Of a DNA stretch of 64,000 nucleotides, positions 40,578-50,958 are shown one piece after another. Position 1 is the stretch's first letter, and each line of letters starts with the position of its first letter. Both the position numbers and the translations under genes were made by a program. Under the pieces are notes generated by a model that did no database searches, was not told the origin of the DNA, and worked only from the letters and a program-made list of their open reading frames with translations. The stretch is from Prochlorococcus sp. AG-459-O09 (lineage in GTDB: Bacteria > Cyanobacteriota > Cyanobacteriia > PCC-6307 > Cyanobiaceae), in contig QCRH01000001.1 of the NCBI GenBank assembly GCA_003211955.1, positions 10,092 to 74,091 of the forward strand, written 5' to 3'.

Positions 40578-42017
40578 ATGAATAAAAAAAGTATAATTTA
40601 TTCATTGTTAATTTATCTATCTTCTTTTGGTATTGCTCAATCTAGTACACTTATTAATCACGAGAAAATAATTTACTTAGAACAAGCAAAAATAAAAACA
40701 AAAGCGGAATTAGATTCTTGCGATGGGATAACACTTGTTACCTTGGACATGTTGGAAAATATAGCATTGGATCAAAATATCCCTTATAAGAATTCCCTTT
40801 TAGGTATTGATTCAGCGAGATTTAAATACTGGGAAAGCAAATTGGCTTTGATGCCACAATTTTCTTTAAGTAGTACCTACTCAAATTCTCCAATAACCTG
40901 GTCAGATAGCGAAACTATTTACAATGGTTCTGCCTCAGGTATTTCTTCTCAAGATTATTATCAAACTACATATGAATATTTCTCTTTAACTCCACAAATA
41001 TCATGGAATATTTTGAATCCCACTTATTTTTCTTCTATAAAATACTACAAAAATAATCTTAATAAAACTAAAAATATTTCTGATGATGCAAAAGACAAAC
41101 TTCTCTTTCAAATAAGATCTCTTGCAGTAAAAACAAATCAAGACTACCAGAATTATCTTGCTAATAGTGAATCATATGAATCAGCAAAATTAACTTTGAA
41201 GAATTCCAAATCTTTATTTGAAAGCGGTTTTATCTCATTAATTGATCTCCAAAGACAAAAAAACCAAGTTTTTAGATTTCAAAATCAATTGAAATCATCT
41301 CAAAATTCTTTAAATAAGTCATTGATAGATTTGAATAATTTATTTTCATCTAAAAAGAAAAATTGTTATTTCATTTCTAAAGATGCTGTTTCATCATTAA
41401 TAAGTAGAAGAAAAGATGTTGATTTTGCAAAAGAAATTATTAAACAAAAATCAATTCAAAAAAATGGAGAACTAAAATCTGTAAAAAATCAAATAAAAAT
41501 GATTAATGCAAATATTGATCAAGCGAGATTTAGCTACCTTCCACAGACTCAAATATACGTTTCATCAAATCTAACAGAATCTTACTATGACAGAACAATT
41601 TCTTCCGGTAATACATATGAATATGATTCTTATGATTCTAATTATACGGTTGGAATTACTTCAACAATTACATTTGATGCTGGTCAAAATCTAATGTCAA
41701 TTAAGTCTTTAAAAAAAGATAAGAAAATAGCAGAACAAAATTATTCAAATTTATTATCTACTCTTGAATCAAATATTTTAAAGTATCGATCTGAAATTAA
41801 CCTTCTTGAACAGCAAAATATGATTTTAAAAGAACAACTTGAATCTACAAAAAAATCAGAAAAAGATATATATAAAACATATAATCTAGATTACGCTACA
41901 ACCACAGATGTTATAGATGCTCAAAGAACCACATCCTCTGCAAAATTAGATGTAATATCAAATAAGTCGAATTATGCTATAGCTATTGCTAATTTGCTTA
42001 AATTAATTTCTGAATAA
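40578..42017 (+). CDS. TolC-family outer-membrane efflux protein
   Basis: Signal peptide, twice-repeated OEP pattern (LMPQFSL/YLPQTQI; FESGFISLIDL/YNLDYATTTDVIDAQ). Confidence 0.8.
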   Translation: MNKKSIIYSLLIYLSSFGIAQSSTLINHEKIIYLEQAKIKTKAELDSCDGITLVTLDMLENIALDQNIPYKNSLLGIDSARFKYWESKLALMPQFSLSSTYSNSPITWSDSETIYNGSASGISSQDYYQTTYEYFSLTPQISWNILNPTYFSSIKYYKNNLNKTKNISDDAKDKLLFQIRSLAVKTNQDYQNYLANSESYESAKLTLKNSKSLFESGFISLIDLQRQKNQVFRFQNQLKSSQNSLNKSLIDLNNLFSSKKKNCYFISKDAVSSLISRRKDVDFAKEIIKQKSIQKNGELKSVKNQIKMINANIDQARFSYLPQTQIYVSSNLTESYYDRTISSGNTYEYDSYDSNYTVGITSTITFDAGQNLMSIKSLKKDKKIAEQNYSNLLSTLESNILKYRSEINLLEQQNMILKEQLESTKKSEKDIYKTYNLDYATTTDVIDAQRTTSSAKLDVISNKSNYAIAIANLLKLISE

Positions 42018-42023
42018 AAAAAT

Positions 42024-43676
42024 TTGGATTTAATTCTTTCCAACGAGAAAAAATTCTTTGAATTAGCGGAATCTTTAGTTGAAGAAAATATTAAATTACA
42101 AAAATTAATAAATTTAGCAAACCATGATTTCTCTTCTCAAAGTGGTTTTGAAATTTCTAATAGTAATATTGACTTTCTTATTTGTATTGATAAATATATT
42201 TTGAAACCAGGGGATAAGATTAATGAATTCATTAATTCTTTTTCAGAATTTGTTCCTTATGAAGTTTTAGAAATTATCAAAAAAAATTATCTTTCATTTG
42301 AGCATATATGGTTTGAATTTGATCAAAAAAACAACTATTCTTTTGGTGGGTTTTTTGTGAATTTTAAAAAAACAAGAATATTAACAACTAACTATATGAA
42401 TTTGAGAGAGTTTTTGAATATTACAAATATTGGTAATGTTGAAAACTATTTATTGCAGATTAAAAATTTTCTAAATTTAATAGATACTTATAACTTTGAT
42501 TTAAATGAAATTGGTTACATGCCTGGTAGGTCCGGGAATCCAATTAGGCTTTGTCTTTTTAGTAATAATAATGATTTTTCAATTATTCAAAAAATAATTA
42601 AGAAGACTTTCGATGAAGAATTAACTCTTAATCAAGAGTTGTTAAGTTTAAGGATTGAACATTTCAGTATTGATATTGATCTTTTTCCGAATAAATTTAT
42701 ATTGAATGGAATTGAAGTTTTCCCATTAGAAACAAAACTAAAAAAAATTAATAATTTTTGTAGGAAAAAAAATATTAATTTAAAAAATCTTGATTCTATA
42801 TTATCTCCAAAGGCTATCCAAATATCATCTTTTATTAGTGACCAAAATCAAATATATTCCATTCTTAAAAGATCAGTAAGTCACTTTAAGGTTACTTACA
42901 AAAATAAGTTAAATAATTTAAAAATTTATATTTCAATGGATAAAAATCTGATAAAAAAATCAACTCTTACTCAAACTAAAAAAATTAATAAAAGTGTTAA
43001 TCAACAAAAATTAAAAGTTAAAGATTGGAATATTTTTTTTAAACCATCAAATTTTGATGGTTTTAATTATTCAATTAAACTTCATCAAAAAAGACTTATA
43101 AAAATAAATTCGCAAGAAAATATAACATCTGTAGTGAAAAATAAGCTATGGATAATTGATAATTTTTTAGAGCAGGAAATTTTAGATAATGCATATTATT
43201 CTGTTTTACGTTCAAAATCTTGGTCTTTTTCTAATAGAGGTACAGAAAAACAAATATATCCTTCTTGGTGGATTACTAATAAATTTCCTGATGAAGTTAA
43301 AAATATTTCTAAGTTATTAATAAATAAATTTTTAAATGTATCTAGAGATATTCCTACTACAAGGTTGATAGTAAATGGCCATACCTCTGGGTTCTCTGAT
43401 CAAACTCATAATGATTATTCTTTTCAAAATCAAGGTTTAACTTTTCTTCTTTTTTTAAATCCAAATTGGGAAATAGAACATGATGGTGACTTCAAATTTT
43501 ATCCTTATGAGGATAAATATTGTTATTCATTCTCACCAATTCAAGGGAGGCTTATAATTTTTGATGGCTCATTTCCACATAGAGCATCATCAGTGTCAAG
43601 AGACTTTATGTCACTTAGGCTTTCTATTGCTCTTCAATATTCTTCAATATATAACATTGATAAAATAATAACTTAA
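42024..43676 (+). CDS. Fusion: unknown N-terminal domain (possible ABBA prenyltransferase-like fold) plus C-terminal 2OG-Fe(II) oxygenase
   Basis: C-term THND...LTFLLFLNPNW...GRLIIFDGSFPHRA...RLSIA; N-term WFEFD, IGYMPGR..PIRL, IDID..GIE, SHFKV..LKIY. Confidence 0.75.
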   Translation: MDLILSNEKKFFELAESLVEENIKLQKLINLANHDFSSQSGFEISNSNIDFLICIDKYILKPGDKINEFINSFSEFVPYEVLEIIKKNYLSFEHIWFEFDQKNNYSFGGFFVNFKKTRILTTNYMNLREFLNITNIGNVENYLLQIKNFLNLIDTYNFDLNEIGYMPGRSGNPIRLCLFSNNNDFSIIQKIIKKTFDEELTLNQELLSLRIEHFSIDIDLFPNKFILNGIEVFPLETKLKKINNFCRKKNINLKNLDSILSPKAIQISSFISDQNQIYSILKRSVSHFKVTYKNKLNNLKIYISMDKNLIKKSTLTQTKKINKSVNQQKLKVKDWNIFFKPSNFDGFNYSIKLHQKRLIKINSQENITSVVKNKLWIIDNFLEQEILDNAYYSVLRSKSWSFSNRGTEKQIYPSWWITNKFPDEVKNISKLLINKFLNVSRDIPTTRLIVNGHTSGFSDQTHNDYSFQNQGLTFLLFLNPNWEIEHDGDFKFYPYEDKYCYSFSPIQGRLIIFDGSFPHRASSVSRDFMSLRLSIALQYSSIYNIDKIIT

Positions 43677-43787
43677 GAAATTAAAATTATTTTTTGTGTT
43701 CTTTTAAAAATAAATTTAAATAGTGTGTAAATTTTGTAGAAATATTTTCTAACTATAGATATTGTTGAGATGTAGTAAGGTTTATTT

Positions 43788-44147
43788 ATGGCTATAGATG
43801 AGAGCTTAATAAGAATAATCACTTTAAGTCCACTTATACTATTAATAATTATTGGTTGTTATGGCCTATTGACTGCAAAAAATATTTTTAATTCTTTATT
43901 TTCTTTAGATGTAATTGATACTGCGACGATAAGCACATTTGTTCTAATTGCTTCATTTCCTGGTACTCAGACTCCAATTGTAGGTTATGAAAGGTATTCC
44001 GAATATGCTGATCCTTATCCTCAGGCAATTATTTTAACAGCAATAGTTATTGGTTTTGCAACACAAGCATTGCTCTCGGGGATCGCATTAAGACTAAGCC
44101 GCAAATATCCATTATTGAGATTTAAAGATTTAGAAAATGATAAGTAA
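43788..44147 (+). CDS. mrpC: Multisubunit Na+/H+ antiporter subunit C
   Basis: ADPYPQAIILTAIVIGFA. Confidence 0.9.
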   Translation: MAIDESLIRIITLSPLILLIIIGCYGLLTAKNIFNSLFSLDVIDTATISTFVLIASFPGTQTPIVGYERYSEYADPYPQAIILTAIVIGFATQALLSGIALRLSRKYPLLRFKDLENDK

Positions 44148-45672
44148 TCCAGTAATCTTAACTTCTCTCATTTTTCTTCCAGTAATATTGGGTTTTATGG
44201 GGTGCTTGTATCCTAAATTACTCTACAAGATTAGTTTTGGCACAATTTTTTTATACGCATTAACCAGTTTATATGGATATATTGGAAATTTTGAATATTC
44301 TTTTAAACTTATCAATTCTGAAGGAATTCCACTATCTTTTGATAGCTATAGTTTGCCATTGATTTTTGGAACAGCAGTAGTTTTACTTACTACTTTTCTT
44401 ATTAAAAAGACATTATTTAGCCATTATTTTTACCAGATTTGTTTGGTTTTATTTAGTGCATTGTCTATTAGTTTTTTATCAAAAGATCTAATTTCTCTAT
44501 ATATAGCACTTGAATTAACAGGTTTTTGTGCGTTCCTTTTAATTGCAGATAGAAACGATTCTAAATCTCTATTTAATGCATTCCAATACTTAATTGGTGG
44601 AGGACTGGCTATGCTTATTTATCTTTTTGGAGTTATTCAGGCCTTTACATATACTGGAACATTTCTATTAGATGAATTAGTAAATGCCCCACCCACAGCT
44701 TTATGTCTAATATCAGCAGGCCTTTTAACAAAAGCAGGTATATTTCTTTGTGGTGTCTGGGTTCCTAATGTCTATAGTTATTCCAATTCCCAATCTGCTT
44801 CTATATTATCTGGCTGTGTAACTTGCGCGGCTATTGCACCATTAACAAGAATGAGTACTGTACTAGCCCCAATTAGTAATTCTCTAATAATCATAGGCAT
44901 TTTAAGTTCAGTTTTTGGAGCAATTTTTGCTCTATTAGAAGAAGATAATGGTAGAACTTTAGGGTGGAGTTCTGTTTCTCAATTAGGAATAGCTATTCTC
45001 TCGCCAACTTATGGTTGTTTGTACGCAATGCAGCATGGAATATGTAAGTCTATATTATTTATTACATTAAGAAAGAATAAGGAAAATACAAATATATATA
45101 AATTAGATCCTGATGTAGATCAGGATCAATTAGAAATTAATTCTGCAGATATTGAAGAAATTATATCGATTGTTGCATTTATAATTGCTGGTCTCTCAAT
45201 TTCTGGTTTTCCTTTCCTCTCTGGTTACATAACAAAAGCATTAGTAAAAAGTGATTTACCAAAAGAAGCACTTCTAATTTTTAATAGCAGTGCACTATTA
45301 ACATCTGTTGTTTATATGAAATTAATTATAAATAGAGTAAATAATTTGAAGATTAAATTTATTTTTAATAAATTAAGTAAATCTTTTCAAGAAATATTCT
45401 TTGAAATTTTTAATGCAAAAAATACTACTTTAACTTTAGCTTCCCTATCAATTTTTTTCTTTTCATTTTTCCAAGTAAAATATTTTTCAATCGAAAAAGT
45501 TCAGAATTCCATTATCACGATTATATTGGGGTTAATTTTTTATATTTCATTTATGGGATTTAAATCAAATAATGAAGTCACTACCTACAGAAAAACAATA
45601 GATATTATTGGAGCACCTTTTGTTATTGCAGCATTATTATTAGCGAACTTAACTTACTTAAAAATATTATGA
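44137..45672 (+). CDS. mrpD: Multisubunit Na+/H+ antiporter subunit D
   Basis: DLISLYIALEL, KAG...WVP, WSSVSQLG, HGICKS, GFPFLSGYITK. Confidence 0.85.
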   Translation: MISNPVILTSLIFLPVILGFMGCLYPKLLYKISFGTIFLYALTSLYGYIGNFEYSFKLINSEGIPLSFDSYSLPLIFGTAVVLLTTFLIKKTLFSHYFYQICLVLFSALSISFLSKDLISLYIALELTGFCAFLLIADRNDSKSLFNAFQYLIGGGLAMLIYLFGVIQAFTYTGTFLLDELVNAPPTALCLISAGLLTKAGIFLCGVWVPNVYSYSNSQSASILSGCVTCAAIAPLTRMSTVLAPISNSLIIIGILSSVFGAIFALLEEDNGRTLGWSSVSQLGIAILSPTYGCLYAMQHGICKSILFITLRKNKENTNIYKLDPDVDQDQLEINSADIEEIISIVAFIIAGLSISGFPFLSGYITKALVKSDLPKEALLIFNSSALLTSVVYMKLIINRVNNLKIKFIFNKLSKSFQEIFFEIFNAKNTTLTLASLSIFFFSFFQVKYFSIEKVQNSIITIILGLIFYISFMGFKSNNEVTTYRKTIDIIGAPFVIAALLLANLTYLKIL

Positions 45673-46079
45673 ACGCTACAATTTTTATAAGATATTTGTC
45701 TCAAATCTTTTTTAGATTAATAATATGGTGTTTATTAACTTCAAATTTTAAACTTAATAATATAATCATTGGAATATTTTTTTCAACTATTTTACCTAAG
45801 GTACGTTTACCCTCAATAAAAATAAGGTTTATTTTTATTGAGTTAATAAAAACTATTGCTGCTTTCCCTAGTGCAGTAAAAGAATCGATATTGTTAATTT
45901 TAATGAAAAAGAGAACTGAAACTTTTGTTTATAAAAAATCATCTGTAGCCGAAGATGGAAGCCAATTTGTAAATTTCCTAGATTTATTTAGGATAACTTT
46001 GACTCCTCTTACTTTGGTTACTAAGAGAGAAGATAATAACAATTGGCGTGTTCATGTTATTGAAGAGGGAAAACGATGA
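45669..46079 (+). CDS. mrpE: Na+/H+ antiporter subunit E
   Basis: IWCLLT..., ITLTP.T, VHVI. Confidence 0.8.
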   Translation: MNATIFIRYLSQIFFRLIIWCLLTSNFKLNNIIIGIFFSTILPKVRLPSIKIRFIFIELIKTIAAFPSAVKESILLILMKKRTETFVYKKSSVAEDGSQFVNFLDLFRITLTPLTLVTKREDNNNWRVHVIEEGKR

Positions 46080-46390
46080 TCTCTATGACCTATATGTTTC
46101 TATTTTCTAATATTTTAAATTTTAGTAAAAATCAAAATATTGATTTGATAATAATTTATCTAATGATGTTTTCATCATTAATTCCAATTTTTGCAGTAGC
46201 AAAACAAAAAAAGATTATTCATAGACTTGCATCTGCCTCTAGCTTTTCTTTGAAATTATCATTAATAATAATTTTTTATTCATTTGCAATAAACGACTGG
46301 ATGATTGGTTCTATTGGAGCATTTACGCTAATTGTTGGAGATGCAGGATTAATAGTCCTTTCTTTACTTTATAAAGAGGATCTCTCATAA
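46076..46390 (+). CDS. mrpF: Na+/H+ antiporter subunit F-like
   Basis: 3-TM protein between mrpE and mrpG with overlapping or abutting ends. Confidence 0.65.
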   Translation: MISMTYMFLFSNILNFSKNQNIDLIIIYLMMFSSLIPIFAVAKQKKIIHRLASASSFSLKLSLIIIFYSFAINDWMIGSIGAFTLIVGDAGLIVLSLLYKEDLS

Positions 46391-46391
46391 A

Positions 46392-46655
46392 ATGATGTTC
46401 ATTTCTTACTTACTTTTATTTATAGGATTATTTTTTTGGATTTGGGGTACTCTACCAATTCTAAATAAGAGAAATACCATCTTATATAAATTACATACTT
46501 TAACTGTATCTGATACTGTTGGTTCAGCACTGATTTTAATTGCCTTGATAATTCGGAATTCTACTCACTGGCCAGTTTTGTTTATTTGTTTAATCACATT
46601 GACACTTTGGAATACAATCTTTGGATATTTGCTCGGAAATCTAACTGAAAAATAA
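46392..46655 (+). CDS. mrpG: Na+/H+ antiporter subunit G
   Basis: YKLHTLTVSDTVG. Confidence 0.8.
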   Translation: MMFISYLLLFIGLFFWIWGTLPILNKRNTILYKLHTLTVSDTVGSALILIALIIRNSTHWPVLFICLITLTLWNTIFGYLLGNLTEK

Positions 46656-47179
46656 TGGATAAAATAACTTTATCAAGCTTAATACCTTTTGAATTAATCT
46701 TGCCATTTCTAGGTATCTTACTTATTAGATCCAAATCTCCAACTCAAGCTCTTATATATAGATCTTTTTTAGGTTCAATAGCTGCTTTAATTTATTCATT
46801 GGTAGGAGCTCCAGATGTTGCATTAACTGAAGTTCTAGTTGGTACTTTACTCTCAACTTTAATTTATATTGTTTCAATAAGGGGATGTTATTCTTTAGTC
46901 ATCCTCATAAAAAAAGAGGAAAGTATTAATGATCTTGTTTTTAAAGAATTAAAAGAAGCTTTTGCCGAGCTCAATTTTCATGTAGTTTTCGAAAAAGTCG
47001 ATGAAATAGCATTAGATAGCAAAGGGAAAATCCTTTGGGATGAAGCTATTTTATTTAGTGGTTCTCCTCATGCAGCAATTATAGATAATAAATTAATCGT
47101 TGAGTCAAGTATTCTTCGAGATGAATTGTCTAATTCTAAATCCTTGCAAAATACAAATCTTGTTTTTTCTGAAAAATGA
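46655..47179 (+). CDS. DUF4040/MbhD-like antiporter subunit
   Basis: GAPDVALTEVLVG. Confidence 0.82.
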   Translation: MDKITLSSLIPFELILPFLGILLIRSKSPTQALIYRSFLGSIAALIYSLVGAPDVALTEVLVGTLLSTLIYIVSIRGCYSLVILIKKEESINDLVFKELKEAFAELNFHVVFEKVDEIALDSKGKILWDEAILFSGSPHAAIIDNKLIVESSILRDELSNSKSLQNTNLVFSEK

Positions 47180-47886
47180 ACATTAAATTAAAAAAACAAA
47201 CTCTTGGTGAGAAATTAAAATCATTTTTATATCTTGCATCGATTTCGATTGTTATGATAACTTTTTTATTTACTAAAAGTGGATCATATATACGTGATAC
47301 TGAATTTCTTGTCTCAAATTTAGCCTATATTACTGATATACCAAATACAGTAACCTCTGTAATTTTAGGGACCAGACTTTTTGACACTATTGGCGAGGTT
47401 ACAGTATTCACATTGGCAGGATTAGGGGTAAAAATATTACTAAATGATGAAAAAAGTGAAAAAGAATTTACTGGAATAAAGGATAAAACTATTATTCAAT
47501 TGTTAGATTTATCTGCATTACTTTGCGCATTTTTAGCAATTGAGCTTGCGATTAGAGGTCATTTAACTCCTGGTGGAGGATTCGCATCTGGAGTTTCAGG
47601 TGCTACTGCAATTACTTTATTAATGATAACTGGCAGGATACAAAATTTAGAGGAATTTTATTTTAAATATAAAGCTATTTCAATAGAAAAATTTGCAGTT
47701 GTTGCCTTCATAATTGTTTCAATATTAAGCTTTAACAGTATTCTTAATCCATCTTTTTTAAGTTTGAAATTACCCCAGAATCTTTTAATTCCTGCTCTCA
47801 ATATAATATGTGCTTTGAAAGTAACTTTCGGGACTTGGTCAATAATTAGATTATTTGTTCTAAAAAGAGGTTTACTAAGTAAATGA
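47176..47886 (+). CDS. mrpB: Na+/H+ antiporter subunit B (MnhB domain)
   Basis: PNTVTSVI..RLFDTIGEV, GHLTPGGGFASG. Confidence 0.88.
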   Translation: MNIKLKKQTLGEKLKSFLYLASISIVMITFLFTKSGSYIRDTEFLVSNLAYITDIPNTVTSVILGTRLFDTIGEVTVFTLAGLGVKILLNDEKSEKEFTGIKDKTIIQLLDLSALLCAFLAIELAIRGHLTPGGGFASGVSGATAITLLMITGRIQNLEEFYFKYKAISIEKFAVVAFIIVSILSFNSILNPSFLSLKLPQNLLIPALNIICALKVTFGTWSIIRLFVLKRGLLSK

Positions 47887-48629
47887 TTAAAACCAAGTCT
47901 AATAATTGGTATTTTGGAGATTATTTAGGAAGTTATCAAGGTTCTAGTTACAACAATCTTATCTATTTCGTAAGTGTTTTATTTTTTTTAACTGTTGCTA
48001 TGGAAACAGAAAATTCTATTTCCGAGGAATTTGAAATAACTATTGATTTTGTGTATGAATTAGTGCAGGCATTTTTTTTGTCAGATTACTTTGGCAAATT
48101 AGCCAATAGTTGGTCTAAAAAAGATTATGTAATTAAAGAACTTTTTTTATCATTTCTTAATTTAAGAAGTTTATTTGATATTTTTACTTTAATAATTTTA
48201 ATATCAGATAAAATACCAAATCAAAGTCCTATTATCCTTGGGGCTTATTTTTTAAAAATTTCATTAAATATTTATCAAACTGAATTAAGATCAATTTTTA
48301 ATAGACTTAAATTTATTATTTTTGATAAACCATCTTATACTTTTTACCCAATAATTCTATTGTCAGTTTTAACTTATGTTTTTGCTTCATTTATGTATTT
48401 GGTTGAGAGGAATTCAGATCAGTCACACTTTGGATCAATTATAAGAGCGTTATGGTTTTCAGTAGTTAGTATCACTACAGTTGGTTATGGAGACATAACA
48501 CCTTCAACTGCACTAGGAAAAGTCATAGCAACATTATTCGCATTTATAGGAATTGTTACCATAGCGCTATTGACCACAAATATAATTGAGGCTAATTCCA
48601 ATTATGATAAGAGCATTGATAAATCTTAA
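47883..48629 (+). CDS. Potassium channel
   Basis: ALWFSVVSITTVGYGDITP selectivity filter. Confidence 0.9.
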   Translation: MIKTKSNNWYFGDYLGSYQGSSYNNLIYFVSVLFFLTVAMETENSISEEFEITIDFVYELVQAFFLSDYFGKLANSWSKKDYVIKELFLSFLNLRSLFDIFTLIILISDKIPNQSPIILGAYFLKISLNIYQTELRSIFNRLKFIIFDKPSYTFYPIILLSVLTYVFASFMYLVERNSDQSHFGSIIRALWFSVVSITTVGYGDITPSTALGKVIATLFAFIGIVTIALLTTNIIEANSNYDKSIDKS

Positions 48630-48732
48630 TTGCATTATGTTGTTGAATTAATACAATAAAATAAGTTAGTTTCATTTATCTATTGTGGTTGGTATCTTTT
48701 GTATAAAAGTAAAAGATGATTTCCCCATCAAG

Positions 48733-49596
48733 ATGAAAAATATAATTAAAACTATATCAATTGCTGCTCTTGCACTTCTCGTTTTTTTCCCTTATACAAA
48801 AGCTAACGCAGTAGAAATTGATTACATCAATAAAATTAAAGAGAGGGGTTCTTTAATCGTTGGAATGCCTCCAAAAAATAATCCTCCCTATTATTTTAAA
48901 GATTCACCTCCTTCAGTAGAGGACTCAGATGCAATGAAGGGAAATGATGTAGATCTCATGAGGAAATTTGCTGAAAATCTTGGCGTAGATGTGATTTTTG
49001 ATCAATCTTCAGCGAGTTTTAATGATACTGTAAGAAGGGCGGGTAAGGGCGATTTTGATGTCGCAATCGGTAAATTGAGTGTCAACTATCCAAGAATGTC
49101 AAATGCTCATCCTCATGTTTATATGAACTTTAGACAAGCATTACTAATCAATAGATCATTTTTATCAAATTTTGCTAATGAAACTCCTGATAACCTTGGG
49201 AAAGTATTACTTGATTCAAATATTAAAGTAGGATTTATTTCTAATTCTTCTTATGAAACCTCTGCTTATGAACTCATGAAAAATGCAGTAAAGAAAGGAT
49301 ATTCATCATGGGAAGAATGCAAAAAAGCTTTAATTAAAGGGGATGTTGATGCTCTTTATAGAGACACTACTGAAATAAAAAAGATAATGTATCAACAACC
49401 CAACTTATCAATAAAATATGTCCCAATTCTTTTTGATGATGTAAAAGACTTAATATCTATTTATTTATCTACTGAAGCAAATATAGCAATGGCAGATATG
49501 CTTAATTATTATTTAAGTCAAGAAGAGGAAATTAAAACTGATACCCAAGTTTTAGATGAGTTTTCAGATTTCTACAAACCATTGATTTCTAAATAA
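48733..49596 (+). CDS. Periplasmic amino-acid-binding protein (SBP family 3)
   Basis: Signal peptide from ATG 48733; IKERGSLIVG..PPYY..G.DVDL...GDFDVAI. Confidence 0.82.
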   Translation: MKNIIKTISIAALALLVFFPYTKANAVEIDYINKIKERGSLIVGMPPKNNPPYYFKDSPPSVEDSDAMKGNDVDLMRKFAENLGVDVIFDQSSASFNDTVRRAGKGDFDVAIGKLSVNYPRMSNAHPHVYMNFRQALLINRSFLSNFANETPDNLGKVLLDSNIKVGFISNSSYETSAYELMKNAVKKGYSSWEECKKALIKGDVDALYRDTTEIKKIMYQQPNLSIKYVPILFDDVKDLISIYLSTEANIAMADMLNYYLSQEEEIKTDTQVLDEFSDFYKPLISK

Positions 49597-49607
49597 CAAT
49601 TTTTAAA

Positions 49608-50876
49608 ATGACATACTCTTCAATAAAAGAAATACTAACTTCTTTAAGAAAACCAAAACTATTTTTGCTTGTCATAATGCCAATTTCTATTTTAATTGGT
49701 AGGTTTATCCCTTCTTTATCTGAGCCTTTAAATGATTTGGGATTAACTTTAATCCAGTTAATATCCTTCCCTGCAATTCCATTAGTTTTGTCTGCAGTTG
49801 TACTTTCAATTTCAGAAATTTTTGATTCTGAAAAAAATAATTTTCGCTTTTCAAGAACTTTGGGAATAACAATCTTAATTTTTATATTTGGATTTTCATT
49901 CTTGGCAATTATTCTCTCCCTTTATTCTAAACCAGGGTTTTTGTCTCCAGATGGCAAGTTATCTATTGGAAGATTTATGCTTGATGTGACTGATATAAAT
50001 ATAAACGTCTTTTCAAAAAATGTTGTTGAAAATATAAATGAAACTAACTTTTTTAAATCCTTAATACCCTCAAATATTCTTTCTGATGCAGCCTCAGGCC
50101 AAACCCTCAAAGTAATTACCGGTTCAATTTTAGGTGGATTAGGATTGGCGGCACTTCCTAAAGAAAATTCAAAGCCAATGATCATTTTTTTGAGAAGTCT
50201 GAATCAATTATCTGTAAAAGTTTTAGATGAACTTCTCTTAATATCTCCATTAATTCTAATATGTTTAATAGCTGGAGCTATGTCATCGGTAAGTACTGAA
50301 ATTATTGTGGCCTTACTAAACTTGGCGATTTGTATCCTTTTAGCAACAGTAGCATCATTAGGAGTTTCGAAATTAGTATTGCGTAAATTTACAAGTTCAA
50401 AAGAAAGGGAAAAATTTATTACCAATCCAGCTGACTCAGTATTTCTTCTAGCTCTTGCAACAGGAAGCAGTATGGCATGTTACCCAACAATAATAAATTC
50501 ATTAAAAACTATTGGTAGATCACAAAATAAAATAGAAGCTTCAGCATCATTAAGCCTTTTAATTGCCAGAGTAGGGAATATTGTTTACAACGTTATTGTA
50601 ATTATTTTTGCTTTGAATCTATATGAAGTTAACTTAAATCCATTTGTTCTTATACAGGTTTTAACTTTTGGAGTATTTACGGGAATTTCAGCAGCTGGGT
50701 TAAATGGTATTGCTGTTCTTCCAAGTATTGGAGTAGCTCTTACTTTTTTTGGAGTTCCACTTCCTCCAATTTTGCTTCTATTAATTGCTGTTGATCCTAT
50801 TCTTACATTGGCTAGATCAGCTATTACAAGTGTAACCTCTTTAGCTATTACAACAGTTTCTACTAAGGGTGCTTGA
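49608..50876 (+). CDS. Dicarboxylate/amino acid:cation symporter (DAACS/GltP family)
   Basis: LIPSNI, LALATGSSMACYP, SAAG, AVDPIL..ARS. Confidence 0.8.
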   Translation: MTYSSIKEILTSLRKPKLFLLVIMPISILIGRFIPSLSEPLNDLGLTLIQLISFPAIPLVLSAVVLSISEIFDSEKNNFRFSRTLGITILIFIFGFSFLAIILSLYSKPGFLSPDGKLSIGRFMLDVTDININVFSKNVVENINETNFFKSLIPSNILSDAASGQTLKVITGSILGGLGLAALPKENSKPMIIFLRSLNQLSVKVLDELLLISPLILICLIAGAMSSVSTEIIVALLNLAICILLATVASLGVSKLVLRKFTSSKEREKFITNPADSVFLLALATGSSMACYPTIINSLKTIGRSQNKIEASASLSLLIARVGNIVYNVIVIIFALNLYEVNLNPFVLIQVLTFGVFTGISAAGLNGIAVLPSIGVALTFFGVPLPPILLLLIAVDPILTLARSAITSVTSLAITTVSTKGA

Positions 50877-50958
50877 AATAAACTTTTGGAATTAATTTAT
50901 TGAGAGTCTTTGGTATTTAGACAAAATTCGTTTTAATTAATAAATATAAGATTTTAAA

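Noticed and set aside
26796-43676. Calling the cluster a prochlorosin (lanthipeptide) locus
   Set aside because: No LanM/LanB/LanC in the window, and cores A1 and A2 lack Cys. A trans-acting LanM for B1/B2 cannot be excluded.
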